From: the human T2T-CHM13v2.0 reference genome, Homo sapiens
Reading direction: 5' to 3' (one strand)
Assembly (NCBI RefSeq): GCF_009914755.1
Contig: NC_060945.1
DNA length: 64,000 nt
Both the position numbers and the translations under genes were made by a program. The notes beneath the pieces are model-generated. The model made no database searches and was not told the DNA's origin. It worked only from the letters and a program-made list of their open reading frames with translations. Below, in pieces: positions 17,429 to 31,621 of this stretch; within the stretch, counting starts at the first letter, position 1, and every line of letters begins with the position of its first letter.

Positions 17429-18111
17429 AAAATTAAAGATAGCCAGAAATAATCACATATTAAGATGATTAAAATAATATGCCTAAATTGTTCATCATTA
17501 CAACGAAATTTATTAGAGTCTTAAGAGTTAAAAGATGAATTGTTTTCAATAAATAAACTTGTATGTAGATTAAAACATTAGAGTTCACTAGACCTTATTG
17601 TCTCAAAAAACATTTCTCTCACATTAGACTTTCTTCTTACTTTAAAAATAAAACTTTTAAACCAACAATGTCAATTAGGCTTTATCTGAGCCCCAAATTC
17701 TTTAAAAATAATCAGTAATTTTAAATTTAAAGATTTTTTTCTGTCCCTTTTTTTCCTTAGAGGGTGATTTGTATTTAATGTAATATATTTAAAACATGTA
17801 CAATTATGATATTTCCCTAATTCCAATGTTTACAACAGCAAAATAATATTTTTGTGACAATTGCAAATGACTTTTTGTGAATTCTGCCTGTACCTTATAT
17901 CTGGGAACTATCTACTAACATGGAAATGTAGAGAAAGCCAACAATTTTCCTAGAAAGATAGACTTATTCCTGTCACAGTGAAGGTCACACGTATTCCCAG
18001 GCCTGTTGAACATCTGAAGACAGAGATTTTGAAGACAGATTGCTTTTTTCCCTCTGCGTAGCATTTTGAAATATTTCTAAGTGAGGATAAAATATGACAG
18101 GCACAGAAGTG

Positions 18112-21100
18112 ATTTCAAAAAAAAATGGTGGAGTAGGCAGCTCTAAGCTCCTTTTCTCACAACTAAAACATTAAAGAACAATGAACAACCGTCAGAACCA
18201 ATTTTGTCAGAACTCTGAAAAACAGCCAAAGATTTATAGCAAGCAGGTGAACACTGAATCAAGAAAAAGGCAACTTTACAATGAAAGAGATCTGTTGCAT
18301 TGTTACTTGCTCTTGTCACACCTCTTCCCCAGTTTGGTGGCAGTCCTAGTCCTGAAGACAACTGTCCGTGTTGCTAGGGTGCCATCCTGGTCCTTGGATT
18401 CAGAAAAAAAAAAAAAAAAGCATGCCTTATTCATAAATTATCGTGTAAATCTGTTCTTAGCTACCTGGAGACAAGCTGAAGGACTAATAAAAATGTACTC
18501 ATCTCTGTTTCACTGAACTCACCTAAGGCCAGAAAAGCAGTAGGCATTTTTTGAAAACATTGGTGAATAACAAACCACAGATGTCTGGGGCTAATATTCA
18601 TGGCTGAGACAGACATAAAATAGAATTCCTAAAACCGGGGAGGAAAATCTGCTAGACAGTTATTTGGGAAATTAGGGTGTTCAAAGTCACCTGTGTAGAT
18701 GGGGGAACTTAGAAAGCTATACACATGATGAGGATAAGATGCATGATCAAAAAGTTTTGGAAGATCAGGGGCTCTCACCTTTGGCCAATCTCTAGACTCA
18801 GTGCAAATCTGGCTAAAAGTTTTGAAAGAGAGCTGCAGCATGAAATCCACTGGCAAAAAGTAAGAAACACAAGTTTTGATAGTTTGTTTGTTTTCTAGCT
18901 CCTAGTGTTCAAAGAAATGTATATTGAAACACTATATGCATATAGCTACCAAACAAAGTCTTCGGTAACCAACACACAGCAATGAATACAATCTCTGCAA
19001 AATAGTTGGGAAAAGTTACTAGACAAATAGATTACGAAAGCCTTCAAAATAAAAAACAAACAAACAAACAAAAAACACACCCTGGGAAAAGCAAAGAATC
19101 TGATTTCTAGAGTTACCACTTTTTAATATTCAAATATGCTGTTTTCAACAAATAACCACAGGGAATACAAAGAAACACACAACTATGTGTCATTTAATGG
19201 AACAAAGTAAATCAACGGAACATTAGATTAAATAGACAGAAATTAAATAGACATTAGATTAAATAGACAGAGATTGTCTTGGTTCCTTTTGTGCTGCTAT
19301 AACAGAATACCTGAGACTGGATAATTTATAAACTATAGAAATGTATTTTTCAAAGTTACGGAGGCTAGGAAGTCTAAGATCAAGTCACCAGCTGGTTAAT
19401 TGTCTGATGAGGGTCCCGTCCTTGCTTCCAAGATGTCATCTGTAATGCTTCATCTTCTAAAGGAGAGGAATGCTGTGTCTTCATGTGGCAGAAGTCGGAA
19501 GGGTGAAAGAATAAATTCCCTCATTATATAAGGGCACCTAATCCCATTCATGAAGGTGGAGCCCTCTTGACTCAATCACCTCTCAAGGCCACACCTCCCA
19601 ATACTGTTGGGTGGAGGATTACCTTTCAACATGAATTTTGGTGGTGACAAAAACATTCAAACCATACCACTGTGTCCCTAGTCCCCCAAAATTCAGGTCC
19701 TTTTCAAATAAAAAATACATTCTTTTCATCCCAAATGTTAACTCATTTTTTTACCAACATAAAAGTCTAAAATGTAGAGTCTCATGTAAATCTGATATTT
19801 ATAAGACTTATTTTATAGTATTTTGTAAGATTAGAATCTTATTTTATAAGATTTATCTTGAGGCAAATTTCCTCTAGAACTGAGAAGCCTGCGAAAATAA
19901 ATTATGTGCCTCTAAAATTCAATGGTGGAACAGGCATAGGATAGATTTTCCCATTACAAAATGGAAAACTAGAAAAGAAGAAAGGGACAATAGATCTCAA
20001 GTAAGCAAAAACCCAATAGTGCAAACAAAATTAAATCTTTAGGTTAGTGAATAATGTTTGACTCCCTGGCTTACCTCCTCAACACAATGGGCTATGAATT
20101 GAGTCTCCAAGGTCCAAAAGCATACAACCTTCATGACTTTGTTAGGCATAGCCCACAGCACAGCTCCTGTGTGCTGGAGTTGGGTGCCTGTGGCTCTTTA
20201 TGAGTGGCATTGCATACTGGTGGCTCCATAGTCACTGGGTACTGGGGACATCACAGCCACCAAGACTCTACTAGATATAGTTTTAGTGGGCACTTGCTGC
20301 AGTGGCTCTGCCCCTGTGGCAGGTCTATTCCTGAACCTCAAGGCTCTCTGAGGCGTACTTCTCAATGTAGGTTGAGGCAGCCTGCCTCCACAGCTCCTGT
20401 AGTCTGCATTCCTGCAAAATTAGCACTATATGGACTCTGCCAATGTTAATGCCTGTACCTTCTAGAGGTATAGCTCTTGACTCACATGGGCCTACTGGAG
20501 ACATAGCTAGGATAATTAAGGAGCACTGTGTAGGAATGTGGGGAGCAGAGACATGAGATGGCCATGGATGTGTTAGGAAGAGTATCCTCAAAGATCTTCA
20601 AGATGTGTTCGAGGTCATTCTCCTAATGTCTTGATAAGTAGCAAGTAGCTTCCTTCTATCCACATTAATCTCCTTACCAAACAGGCACTTGGCCACCGCC
20701 TTGCTTTTCCCTCCAAAACATGCTTTTTCATTCTTTACATAGCCTGGCTGAGAATTTTCCAAATCTGTATGTATCAATCCTTTTCATTACAAAGCTTATC
20801 TCTAAATCATTTCTCTCTTCTCAACTTTTACTATAAGCAGCTAAGAGAAGCCACACAGCATTCTAAATACTTTGCTTCTTAGGGATTTCTTGTGGTCAGT
20901 ATCCTAGTTCACTGTCCTTAAGTTCTGCTTTCCACAGAGTCCTAGGATATGGATATAATTCAGCAAAGTACTTTGCCATTTTGTAACAAGATGAAAGACC
21001 CAGTTTCTAATGATATATTCTTCATTTCCATATAAGACCACATCAGAATGTCCTTTACTGTCCATATTTCCCCCAAGATTCTATTTACAACTACTTAAAA

Positions 21101-22630
21101 AATATCTTAGAATGATTCAATCTTTATTTGAAGTTTTCTCTTTTCTGTGCCCTCATCAGAATCACCCTTCAGTTTCAAGTTATGGCAAAACAAGCTTCTC
21201 AAGAATTCACTTCAAAACTTTTCTAAGCTCTACTTATTACCCAGTTCAAAAGCTGCTTTAACATTTTTAGGTATTTGTTATAGCAGCACCTCACTTCTCT
21301 GGTATCAGTTTCTTCTTAGTCAGTGTTATACTGCTATATCAGAATACCTGACACTGGATAATTTATGAAAAACAGAAATTTATTTAGCACAAGCTGGCAG
21401 CTGGGATGTCCAATATGAAGGCCCCGGCAGGTTTCTTGTTTGGTGAGCGTTCAGTCTCAGCTTCCAAGATTGCACCTTGAATGCTGCATCCATGGATGGG
21501 AAGAGCACTGTGTCTTCACATGGCAGAAGGTGGAAGGGCAAAAGAATAATAAACTCCTCCCCAGCAACTCCCTTCATACTTGTAATAAAGGCCCCTACTC
21601 CCTTTTATAAGGGCAGAAGCTCTAGACTCAATCACCTTTAAATGGTCACGTCTCCCAATAATGTCGCCTTGGATGTTGTTTCAACATAAATTTTGGAGGT
21701 GAAAATAGCATTTTAACTATAGGAAATATATTACAATAACTTTAAAATGTGTTCAAAGAGTTATATAAAGCACGGTCAAAGGACTAAAAGAAATAAGGAA
21801 AGTGTGGTATAAACACAATGATTATGTCAATAAAGACAGAGAAATTACAAAAAGGAACAAAACAAAAATTCTGGTGATAAAATATAATTACTTAAATCAA
21901 GTTTTATTAGAATGGTACAAAAGCAGATTAGAACAAACACACATCTTCAAATTAATCTTTGGTTGGCTGAATATAAAAACATTTGAGTTTTGAGAGCAGA
22001 AAAAAATGAATAAAATTGAACAGAACCCAAGGAACTGTGAAACACCATCTAGTAGAACGAAATACACATCATCAGAGTTCCAGAAAGTAAACCAAGAGAG
22101 AAAAAGAAAGAAAGAATGTTTAAAGAAACAATGACAAAAACCTCCAAAATTTGTTGAAAGACATAAACTTACAAATCTAAGAAATTCAATAAACTCCAAG
22201 TAGGGAAAAACTCAGATAGACACATACTGAGACACATAATCACTCTGTTGGATGACAAAGATGAAAGGAACATCTTGGAAAGAGCAATAAAGAAGTGACT
22301 CACCTTTTACAAGGGAATCTCAATAAAACTAACAGTTTCTCTTCAGAAACAATGGGAGCAGAAGAAGTAGTATGGCATATTTAAAGTATTTAAAGAAAAA
22401 AATTAAGTAAATGAGAAAGACCTTTACCAGATAAATAAAGACGAAAAGGTTTATAACTACTAGATCTGCACTACAAGAAATGTTAAAGGGAGTCCTCCAA
22501 GTTAAGATGAAAGAACCCTTGACAGTAACTTGAAGTCATATGAAGAAATAAGAATCTCCAGTAAAGGTAACTATATCAGCAAACATAAAAACCAGTATTA
22601 TAAAATTTTTGGTTTGTTATAATTTTACTC
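18112..22630 (+). mobile_element. Old L1MC/MD-type 5'UTR plus ORF1 remnant, split by a MaLR provirus
   Basis: AAAATGGTGGAGTAGG start, CAGAACCAATTTTGTCAGAACTCTG; A-rich ORF1-like sequence at 21730-22600 (CTACAAGAAATGTTAAAGGGAGTCCT). Confidence 0.75.
19275..21722 (-). mobile_element. Two-LTR MaLR provirus (MLT1A1/MST-type): 3'LTR 19275-19669, internal 19670-21311, 5'LTR ~21312-21722
   Basis: Two homologous ~400-bp LTRs sharing GCTAT..CAGAATACCTGA.ACTGGATAATTTAT and GCTTCCAAGAT; polypurine-tract complement next to the left LTR; GGTATCAGTTTC internal start next to the right LTR; probable TSD GAGAT/GAAAT. Confidence 0.88.
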
Positions 22631-22651
22631 TAAATTTATAAAAGTTTGGGA

Positions 22652-22677
22652 TGTGTGTGTGTGTGTGTGTGTGTGTG
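22652..22677. repeat. (TG)13 microsatellite
   Basis: Read directly. Confidence 0.97.
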
Positions 22678-24462
22678 CAGGTGCACATTATTGAAGTCTA
22701 ATGTGAAAATATTTCAAAAATAAAGCAAGTAAAAGTAGCATAAGGGCTGTGTTTTTCATTTTGTGGATACTAGAATATCAGAATTTATCATATTTTTCTC
22801 TATGATGTCTTTCTTAAGACATGCATGAACACAGGTTGTTCCACTACATATGCAAACAGATATATAAAGTCACTTCAAAAACAGGCTTAAAATGTCAGAA
22901 TTTTAATGTGAAATTGAGAGCATTAGAGAAAAGTCTGTTTGGTATAAACCCTAGGTTTTCTCTCACATTTGAATATCATCCTATCTTTCATTCAGGTTAA
23001 ATTCCTTCATCCCACTACGTGGTGCAGCCTGACAACATGCCTCAAAATCATTGATTCTTACCAGTGGACTAGGTCCCAGTTGTAACAACTGAAAATAAAT
23101 TTAGCATCTGACTGAATTTCCCTTCATTTAAAATTAGATTATGGAATAACAATTTTTGAGGCAACTTACTTTATATTGTCTGAGATGCTTCTGTTGCATT
23201 AGCAGAAAGTCTGGGAAAAAGTAAGGTAGATAGGAGTGGGATAATAAAGGAGATACTGTGATCCTGTTGGACCAGAGACCATACAGAAAACAAAATAGTT
23301 GAAATAAATATCCCAGAATTCTTCTTAAGAATATATTTGCTAATCTTTTCAAATCATTATGAGTTTGTCTTTGTTTGTTATGGATGAAAAAGGACATTTT
23401 ATGGAATTAAGTTTTGATATTATTTTTTCCTCTTAGTTAGAAGCGTATGCACTACTTTCTGCAGGAAGAATACTCTGGAAGAGAAGATCATTAATAAGTA
23501 AATTTTTGCAGGTGGTATTGATTGGAACAATATTTTATACAAAACATAAAATTGTCATTGCATAGTAAGTCAGAATATGCTGCTTTTCTTTAAAATATGA
23601 AATATGTTTCAAAATGAAGACAAGGATGAGGTAGCATCATATTGAAATGGCATTATCTGCAGATTTTCCTATAAAGCTATAGATCGTGCTTCAACTCTAT
23701 GCATTTAACACATTCCAGAGCTCCCATTATATTTAAATGATGGAGCAAAATCACAGATTTCTACTGACACATTGTTTTTTCGAAAGAAATAAATTTGAAA
23801 GATAACTGGCTTGCAACGCCTACAATTTTATGTAAAAACCTTACTTAATCACATCAAATAGAGTGTTTGTCAGCTGGAAAAAAAATAGTTCCTTCTTAAG
23901 CTTCTAAAAAAAGATGCCACCTTAAAAAGTATTCAAATAAGAGCGATATGTGGGAAACCTCATTCTTTGGCAACTTATCACAACAACTGATTATGTATTT
24001 AAGCATGCATAAATATACTTTCTATACACATTTAACCTAAACTGATAACTTTTAACCCATAAACCAATTAAATTAAATCATTCCAAAGTGATCTTACATT
24101 GCTAGTGTTATAATAAGCAGGTTTTTCCTAGCATAACTATTTTTCAAAATTTTGATTGTGTAGAGACTCAAAGTAAATAACAAGATAATCTATGATAAAA
24201 CATATCTAAAACATAAAGTCCAAAGTTTAATTGCTCTGTGTTTGTTGATTTTCATGTATACATTGCACTCCTTGTTGTTGACGATGGTGTGGCATTATTC
24301 AGAAACAAATAGTTTCACTTAACGGATTCACTGATAAATACCAGTGATTTCATTAGAGATTTATGCTATTGAAATTACTCAGATATTTATCAGTGAATAC
24401 ACTAGTAATTGGATAATTATTGGATCATAATTTGTGCTAAAATACAAAGTTTTTAAAAATCT

Positions 24463-24965
24463 TTTATTCCTTTCACTCATTCTTTCATTTGTTCAACAAA
24501 TAGTGACTTGGTGCTTCCTATGTGTCAGCATTGCTCTGGACTCTGATTCTGGCAGTGAGGCAAATATGCGATTGTTCTTAGAACTTTTATTTTTAGTGAC
24601 AATGGGCAAATATTAAACAAAGTAAATATTTTAACTACTTAAAAGTTTACAAATACTTCAGAACTAAGGCAGGGGAAGGAGAAAAGGTTTCCAGAAGTTG
24701 GAGAGTTTATTCCAATATTAAGTAGCGTTATAAGAGAATATCTACTAAAAAGATAATATTTAATCAAAGAACAAAGAAAAAAGGTAGCAATGTTGTGTTC
24801 TAGGGCAAGAATGTTGAAAGTATATAAAAAAGAAAGTGCAAAGTTTCTGGGCTGGGGTCATATCTTTCCATTATACAAAGGCATCCAAGGAGGAGCCAGA
24901 GAGAGAATAGTAGGATATAAGTAAGAAAAATAATGCAGGGTCAAATTATACTGGACATTTCAGGC
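24463..24965 (-). mobile_element. L2 3' fragment
   Basis: CATTTGTTCAACAAATAGTGACTTGGTGCTTCCTATGTGTCAGCATTG matches the antisense L2 3' end, followed by purine-rich L2 body. Confidence 0.7.
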
Positions 24966-25018
24966 CTCTGTATAGTCTATTTTTTGCTATTACAAGTATT
25001 GGCAAAAAAAAAAAGTGA

Positions 25019-25066
25019 ATTACTTTTAATGGCAAAAACCGCGACTGCTTCTGCACCAACCTAATA
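25019..25066. mobile_element. Half MADE1 (Hsmar1 MITE): one TIR plus TA
   Basis: ATTACTTTTAATGGCAAAAACCGCGACTGCTTCTGCACCAACCTAATA matches the centre and one arm of MADE1; the other arm is absent. Confidence 0.88.
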
Positions 25067-25069
25067 CAA

Positions 25070-27095
25070 GGACAATGGAATTTATTGTTTGTTGCTATAA
25101 GCACTAATGCCTTTAACAGAGAAAATGACAGACTCAAATCAGCCAATTGGTAATTGAATGCATGGTAGGAAAGTTACAATGTATCCATGGGATTATTTAA
25201 AGAGACCATAATTTCTTGGAAGTGGAATGTAATTGATGCTGATGATCTGGCCCAAGATCTGATTATAAGAGGAGTAGAATTTCAAATTGAACTGTTTTCT
25301 CAGCAAGTCAAAATCAGGGTCATAAAGTGAAGGGACAGGACCCAGAGAGAAGTGATTCAGGAACATTAAAGAACCAGATCTCCTCGAGCTCTCTAAACCT
25401 AAAGAAGTGGTTCACTTTTCTTTTTTAGACTGTAACAGACCCCTGGAGACTTCCCACTGGACTCCCCTGAGGCAGATATTTTGCAAAAGAAAACTTCCCG
25501 CCATGAGATCTTTTCCCACATTCCCTCTTGGCAACTTAACCAGAAGATAAGGTTAAGTTCATTTCCACGGCCTTTAGAACCTCTGGACCTTATACATGAG
25601 AAAAGACATCATTCATGGTTGGAGTCACTGGACCTGGTTAATATGTACCAAAAGGAAACAGAAAAAGCAGTTCTGGTGGCTACATCTTGCAAGTACTAGA
25701 CCAGAATATAAAGCTGGATGAGAGAGACTTTGATGATATGAAGTACTAGGGTTTAAAGGGAACACCGAACTCAGTGGATTGCAAGAGCATCTGACATCAG
25801 CCCTACTGTGCTTTAGGCATGGCTCTTGGAAATATGACAGACCACAGTACATAGTGTGAAGTTTCTAGACCTGCCCTGATACAGTGTTGTGGAACCAATA
25901 TAAAGACTGAGTCACTGGACAAGCTAGAGTGACTGTGTACTTCAGGATTAACAAAAACATTAGTTTCACTAAGTTTATAAAGATTGAAATTTTTACAGGC
26001 TTAACAGTGGCTGTTGTCTATAGGCCAAGAAGGATTAGCAAGTAATGCTCTTATGAAACAAATGTTGAAGATGATATACAATTCTAGAAGAGCAAAGGAA
26101 AGGTGGTAGCATGTAATCAGTACAGAGAGATAAGGACCAACATAATTTCCATGCCAGTTATCAGCAACTCAACAGCTGAGGAACTCTATTATGTAGGAAT
26201 CTAAGATCATGGATGAGCTATCATCACAGTTTTTAGGGGAACTATAGAAAGGCTTCCAATAAGGATTTTTGTACATGTACATATATATTCAGAAAGCAGC
26301 TAATGTGGAGAAGCAGAAGGTCGATGTCAGCCACTCCAGTGGAAATTTCAATCACTCATCTACTTTCCAAGCTTGAGCCAACTTTCAGACTGAGAGTCCA
26401 ATAATTAAAGCAGAAGCTCTGTTTTTCTGAGAAATGACCTGATGGCAGAGCAAATATATACTGTAAAGATAATTCTCTTCCTCTACTCAAAGTGTCTGTA
26501 GCCGCAGGTACATATGGAAAAGGGAGCACCCACATTTTTTGATATAGTGTGTGAATTGAAGGAAAGTCAACTTTTACCATAGCCTCCCTTCAAGAGTGGG
26601 TACATATGAAAATCAGGTAATAAATTTAGTTTAACCACGAATTCATTTCACAATGGGTCCAATGAGTCCATATATGCACAATAAAACTTTATTTCCTGAA
26701 TTCATAATTTAGATATACATACATAGTAACTGGCAGAACACTCACTCTAGTTCCTTGAAATGTGAATGAATAATAATTGTCATAGGAAAGGTCAAGGAAA
26801 AGACTGAAAAATGTCTTTATACCACAGCCAAGAGACTTCATAAAGCAATATTGCCTTCCAGATACAATAGAAGAGATCAGTGCCATTTTTAAAAACCTAA
26901 AAAGTTGCAGAGGCAGTTTCTACTGTATTCTCATTTCAGTCACTTGTGTGGCCACACAAAAATCAAATACATGATGGCAGATTGCAGTGAACTCTAGGAC
27001 ACATACCCAAATGGTAGACATACAAAGCTGTTCTGACAAGTGTGATATTACTGGAATGGGTAGACTTGGGTATGTGATACGTGTTAATTCTTATT
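25070..27095 (+). mobile_element. Degenerate ERV-L class internal fragment (gag-pro-RT N-terminus; HERV16/ERVL-E-like)
   Basis: Remnants RENDRLKSAN, LDLVNMYQKE and NIKLDERDF (gag); KQYCLP..IEEISAIFKNLK and ILLEWV (RT N-terminus); many stops and frameshifts. Confidence 0.72.
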
Positions 27096-28191
27096 TTTAG
27101 TTGCAGAATTATAATTAGACACTTTTTTATAAATTTAAGATTTTGGTTAAAAATAATATATTTGCTTAAACATAAAACACAGTATGTATTTTTTTATTGC
27201 TACAGGTGACGATGTTTCTCCAGTTTATAGTGATCAAATTTTGTTATCCATTGAGTTCTAGGAAAGTCTTGAATTTTAATGTTTTTAGACAGAAAGTTTC
27301 AAAGGCATCTTTATTGTCAATAAGCTCTTCAGCTTGGATAAAAGGTAAAAACTAATAAAGGATTCCATTTACATTTGTTATGTCTCACAATTTGTATTTT
27401 CTTGGATCCAGGCAAAATGTTTAAAAATCTAGTTAAACTCATTACATAAATTTATACATAACATTTTTTCTAACTTTGTTTGTCAAGATAATCTTATAAA
27501 CAATGTATAAATAAAATATAATATACTAATCTCAGGAATTGATGCCACATCCTGAAAATATTAGCTGAAAATACCTGGAAATAAATGTGCAAAGTTCTAT
27601 GCATTACAAGAAAGAAGCATGTTTAGATAAAATTAACTAGGTTGTTATAAATACCATCTTCAAAATTATTGTTAACCCTACTAAAGGTTATAAAATGTTT
27701 TTATTAAAATTTATTCAATCATTTACCAGAGTAATAAGCAAAGTAATTGTCATACATGTAAATATAGAATTTACAAAATTAAATATTCAAAATATGAAAA
27801 TGAAACATTAACTGCAAATTGTATAGCATTCTTTCATTTATTTAACCTCTCTGACCAAAGCAAGCTCGTTCATGTTTGTCAAGCAATTGTTCTTTGACTT
27901 TTTTGAACTTGGTTAAAATGGCACTTTAATGAAATAATGTGGGCATAAAATGGAAAACAATAATTAAAGGCTTTTCTTCAATTATACATTATTAGTACCT
28001 AGTTTTTCCTTCACTTAATGTTTACCTTTCCAAGGCTAAGACCAGAAGACATCTGGAGACTCTAAGGAGAGTACTAGATCTGTCAAATATTTCAATATAT
28101 ACAGCTCTCATTCTTCTTTTCCCAATAACCTAGTGTAATTTTAGTAAAACAAAATTAATAGTATTCAGTTATAGACATTTTAAGCCTACTG

Positions 28192-28234
28192 GTGTGTGTG
28201 TGTGTGTGTCTGTGTTTGTCTGTGTGTGTGTGTG
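28192..28234. repeat. Interrupted (TG)n
   Basis: Read directly. Confidence 0.9.
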
Positions 28235-28679
28235 CATCTTGGGCCTATTTTTTAGAGAAAGGAAAGGTAAGAGTTGGTTTATGCTGTGTTTGGTCATATG
28301 CTTACTTAATACTTTTTGTTTGAAACAATAGCCAAATAAATAGATAAATTAATTAAAATGACCAGCTAAATTGTCACACAAACTATATATATAAAGTTAA
28401 AACATGGGTCAACATTCTCTTTCAGGTAATTATGAAGAATAAGCACTCTGTCTCATGGCATATTTCTGGGGAAAAAAAACATAAAAAAGAATTTTAGTTT
28501 TCTAAATTCTGAACTTCAAATCCCTGCCTCCGTGCACAACTACATTATTCCAAAGAATAGCATCTGAAATATTATATTTTGTTAGATCATTATTGATTTA
28601 ATGATGGCATTGGTCAAGATGTAAAGAGCATTCTGTAAACTAGCACACACAGCTCACAGCTTTCAATGTATTTTTTTAA

Positions 28680-28998
<319 letters not shown>

Positions 28999-30649
28999 TA
29001 TCTCTTTTCTTATTCTGAGCAGGAAATAAGAAAGCAACTGTGGCAAGATCTGTGAGATGGTAAACAAGTGCCAACATAAACTTAGACATATCTAGTATAA
29101 TCTGTATTCTAATGCTCCAGAAGCTCCATTGTTTTTTATCCTGTCCCTACCCCAATCTTGATGCCCCCTTTTATTCCAGACTCTGCTCTGGAATGAATAG
29201 ATATATTTATGTAGCTTTTGTTAAAGTTCTTGTCAAGTATATTTTATGATAAAAAATTTGCATTAAATTTTCTGTAGGGCATGCAGATACAGCTAAACAT
29301 ACTACTTACAAAACTGTACATTTTAAAGTTGAATGGATCCCTGCTAAGCTACATTGCATTCTGTTCCTGTTTCTTTTTTTTTTTTCTTATTTGGAGAAGT
29401 GGTGACTGAGAAAGAAATATTTCATTGTTGTGGCAATTCCTTGAACACTAGCTTCTTATATTACTTGTAATATGTCAGTCCTAGAGCCATTCTTCCTCGT
29501 GGGAGTTGGCATCACACACATTTATAATGGCAGCAAGAAACCTCAATGTGGATGCTGAACTACACGCCACTTCCCAGCAAAGAGGGGAATACAACCACAA
29601 GAGGAACCTTCTTGACAAAACAAATGCTTCACATTGAAGTTCTTTAAGATGTAGATTTAATTTCCATGGGGAAAGGCTGTATCGACATCAACAGCAGAAT
29701 TTCAAACTGAAATGATGCAGAAATTCACTGCAAGCCAAAATTTCAAAAAGAAAACATGTAGGTCCTTAGTGAGTTATATTTTGCTTTTAGTTAAAGATAA
29801 AAAGAACCCACGGACTTTTTAATGACTGCAAAAAGTTGAATTCACATTAATGTCATACTTTGGAACACCTTGGGTATACTTTCAAGTTGAATAAATTATG
29901 GTTTTTATTCATTTAAGGAATAACCTCTGGACATTTCCAAACCTGTGTCCTTTCTAACGTCATTCCAATCATGTGTAGTAGTTTTCATACAATCCTGGTT
30001 TAGAGGTGGTTGTCTAATTTCTTAGTGACTTTTCCTGAACATTTTTATTTTTTCCAATTATATCCAAAGCTACTGAAAAATATATTTTATGCATTACAAC
30101 AAAGTTAAACTTTAATAATGACCCTGAAAATAGTGGTAGAGTGAATTTAAACATTTGAAAAATATTTTAAGGAAGCAATTATAGAATAAATAAATAGTAA
30201 AAAATATATTTTTGATTTGAAATTCAATGTTCATCTATACATGTATGGTATCTATCTATCAACATTTTCATGAAACTGCCTATCAAAACAAAAAGGACAT
30301 AGCTCATATAAGAGTTAGTGAAAAAGATAGAATTGTTGAGCCCAGTTAAAAGTCTGTAAGTTAATATTTGAGAATAAAACATTTCTTGAAAACCATGTTG
30401 AAATATTCTTTGGATGAAGGTTTCTTAGTCACACTAGACTTTAATCACACTAGACTTCAAGTTCCTTTAATGAAATAACAATTCCTCTTTCAAGACATTT
30501 ACACATTATTTATTCAATCAGAAAACTGTCCTTGGCATATTTTGCCAATCTAACTTATGCTCATTTTTAAAGCATCAACTTAATCAATTATTCCTTAGCA
30601 GAAACTGAAGTGGCCCCAGTGAAATACTCTTCTCAGCAACAGTTCACCT

Positions 30650-31093
30650 ATATTGTCCACTGCCTTAGAGCTGTGGTTTGATAGTTGATTTTGCTAACTG
30701 AATATAATAGAAGTGACACTGCATGGCCCTTGAGGTGAGATAAGAAGAAGTCTTACAGATTCCTCCCTGGTCTTCTAATGTGCTCTATGGATCCAGTTAC
30801 TATAATATAAAAGAGCATATGAAACCTCAGGAAGAAGCTCCCATGAAGAGGAAAAAAATATTCTGATCAAAAGTCTAGTTGAGCTCACAATTAAAAAACA
30901 GCCTTACCCATTAGGGATGTGAGGGGGCAATATTGGAAAACACTCCAGTTCCAGCTGGGATCTTCCTGCTGACATTATATTGAGAAGCAATAAGCTTATT
31001 TCTAACAAGCATTACCCAATCTGAGAATTATAGGCACAAGAAACGATTATTATTTTAAGCATTGGAGTATTTGCTTTAGGAAATTGTTTAAAC
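30650..31093 (+). mobile_element. MLT1 (G/H-like) LTR, diverged
   Basis: AGAAGTGACACTG, CCCATGAAGAGGAA, ATGTGAG, TTATTTTAAGC...AACA terminus. Confidence 0.55.
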
Positions 31094-31138
31094 AATAGTT
31101 AAAAACAAACAAACAAACAAAAAATCTCAAATATACTT

Positions 31139-31435
31139 TTCTTTTTTTTTTTTTTTTTTTGAGACAGGGTCTTGCTCTGTCACCCAGGCTGGAGTGCAAT
31201 GGCGTGATCTTGGCTCACTGCAGCCTTGATCACCTGGGCTTCAGCAATTCTTCCTCAGCTTCCAGAGAGCTAGGACTACAAGCCTGAGCCACAATACCTG
31301 CATTTCTTTTTTCTTTAATGTAGAGACAGGGTCTCACTTTGTTTTCCAGGCTGGTCTCCAATCTTGGGGCTCAAGCAATTGTCCCACCTCAACCTCCCAT
31401 GCTGGGATTACAGGTGTGAGCCATGATGCCCAATT
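31139..31435 (-). mobile_element. AluJ
   Basis: Poly(T), GAGACAGGGTCTTGCTC, GGGCTCAAGCAAT; TSD core AATATACTT (31130-31138 / 31438-31446). Confidence 0.92.
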
Positions 31436-31621
31436 GTAATATACTTATTTCATAGCAACATATACTTATCCATCATATAACTTTTTAAATATTAAAATGT
31501 GTACTTTTATCTGAACATGATTAGGACGTGGATATTTTTTGGAGAGGAAGGAATTATTCAGCTTACCACAATAGGGTCTGTATTTCATTGGAACCGTAAT
31601 TAAGAAATTCTTTAAAATTCT

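Noticed and set aside
28256-28266. 11-nt micro-exon (TTTTTAG/AGAAAGGAAAG/GTAAGA) after a TG repeat
   Set aside because: Not frame-preserving and no host gene evident; chance motifs are common.
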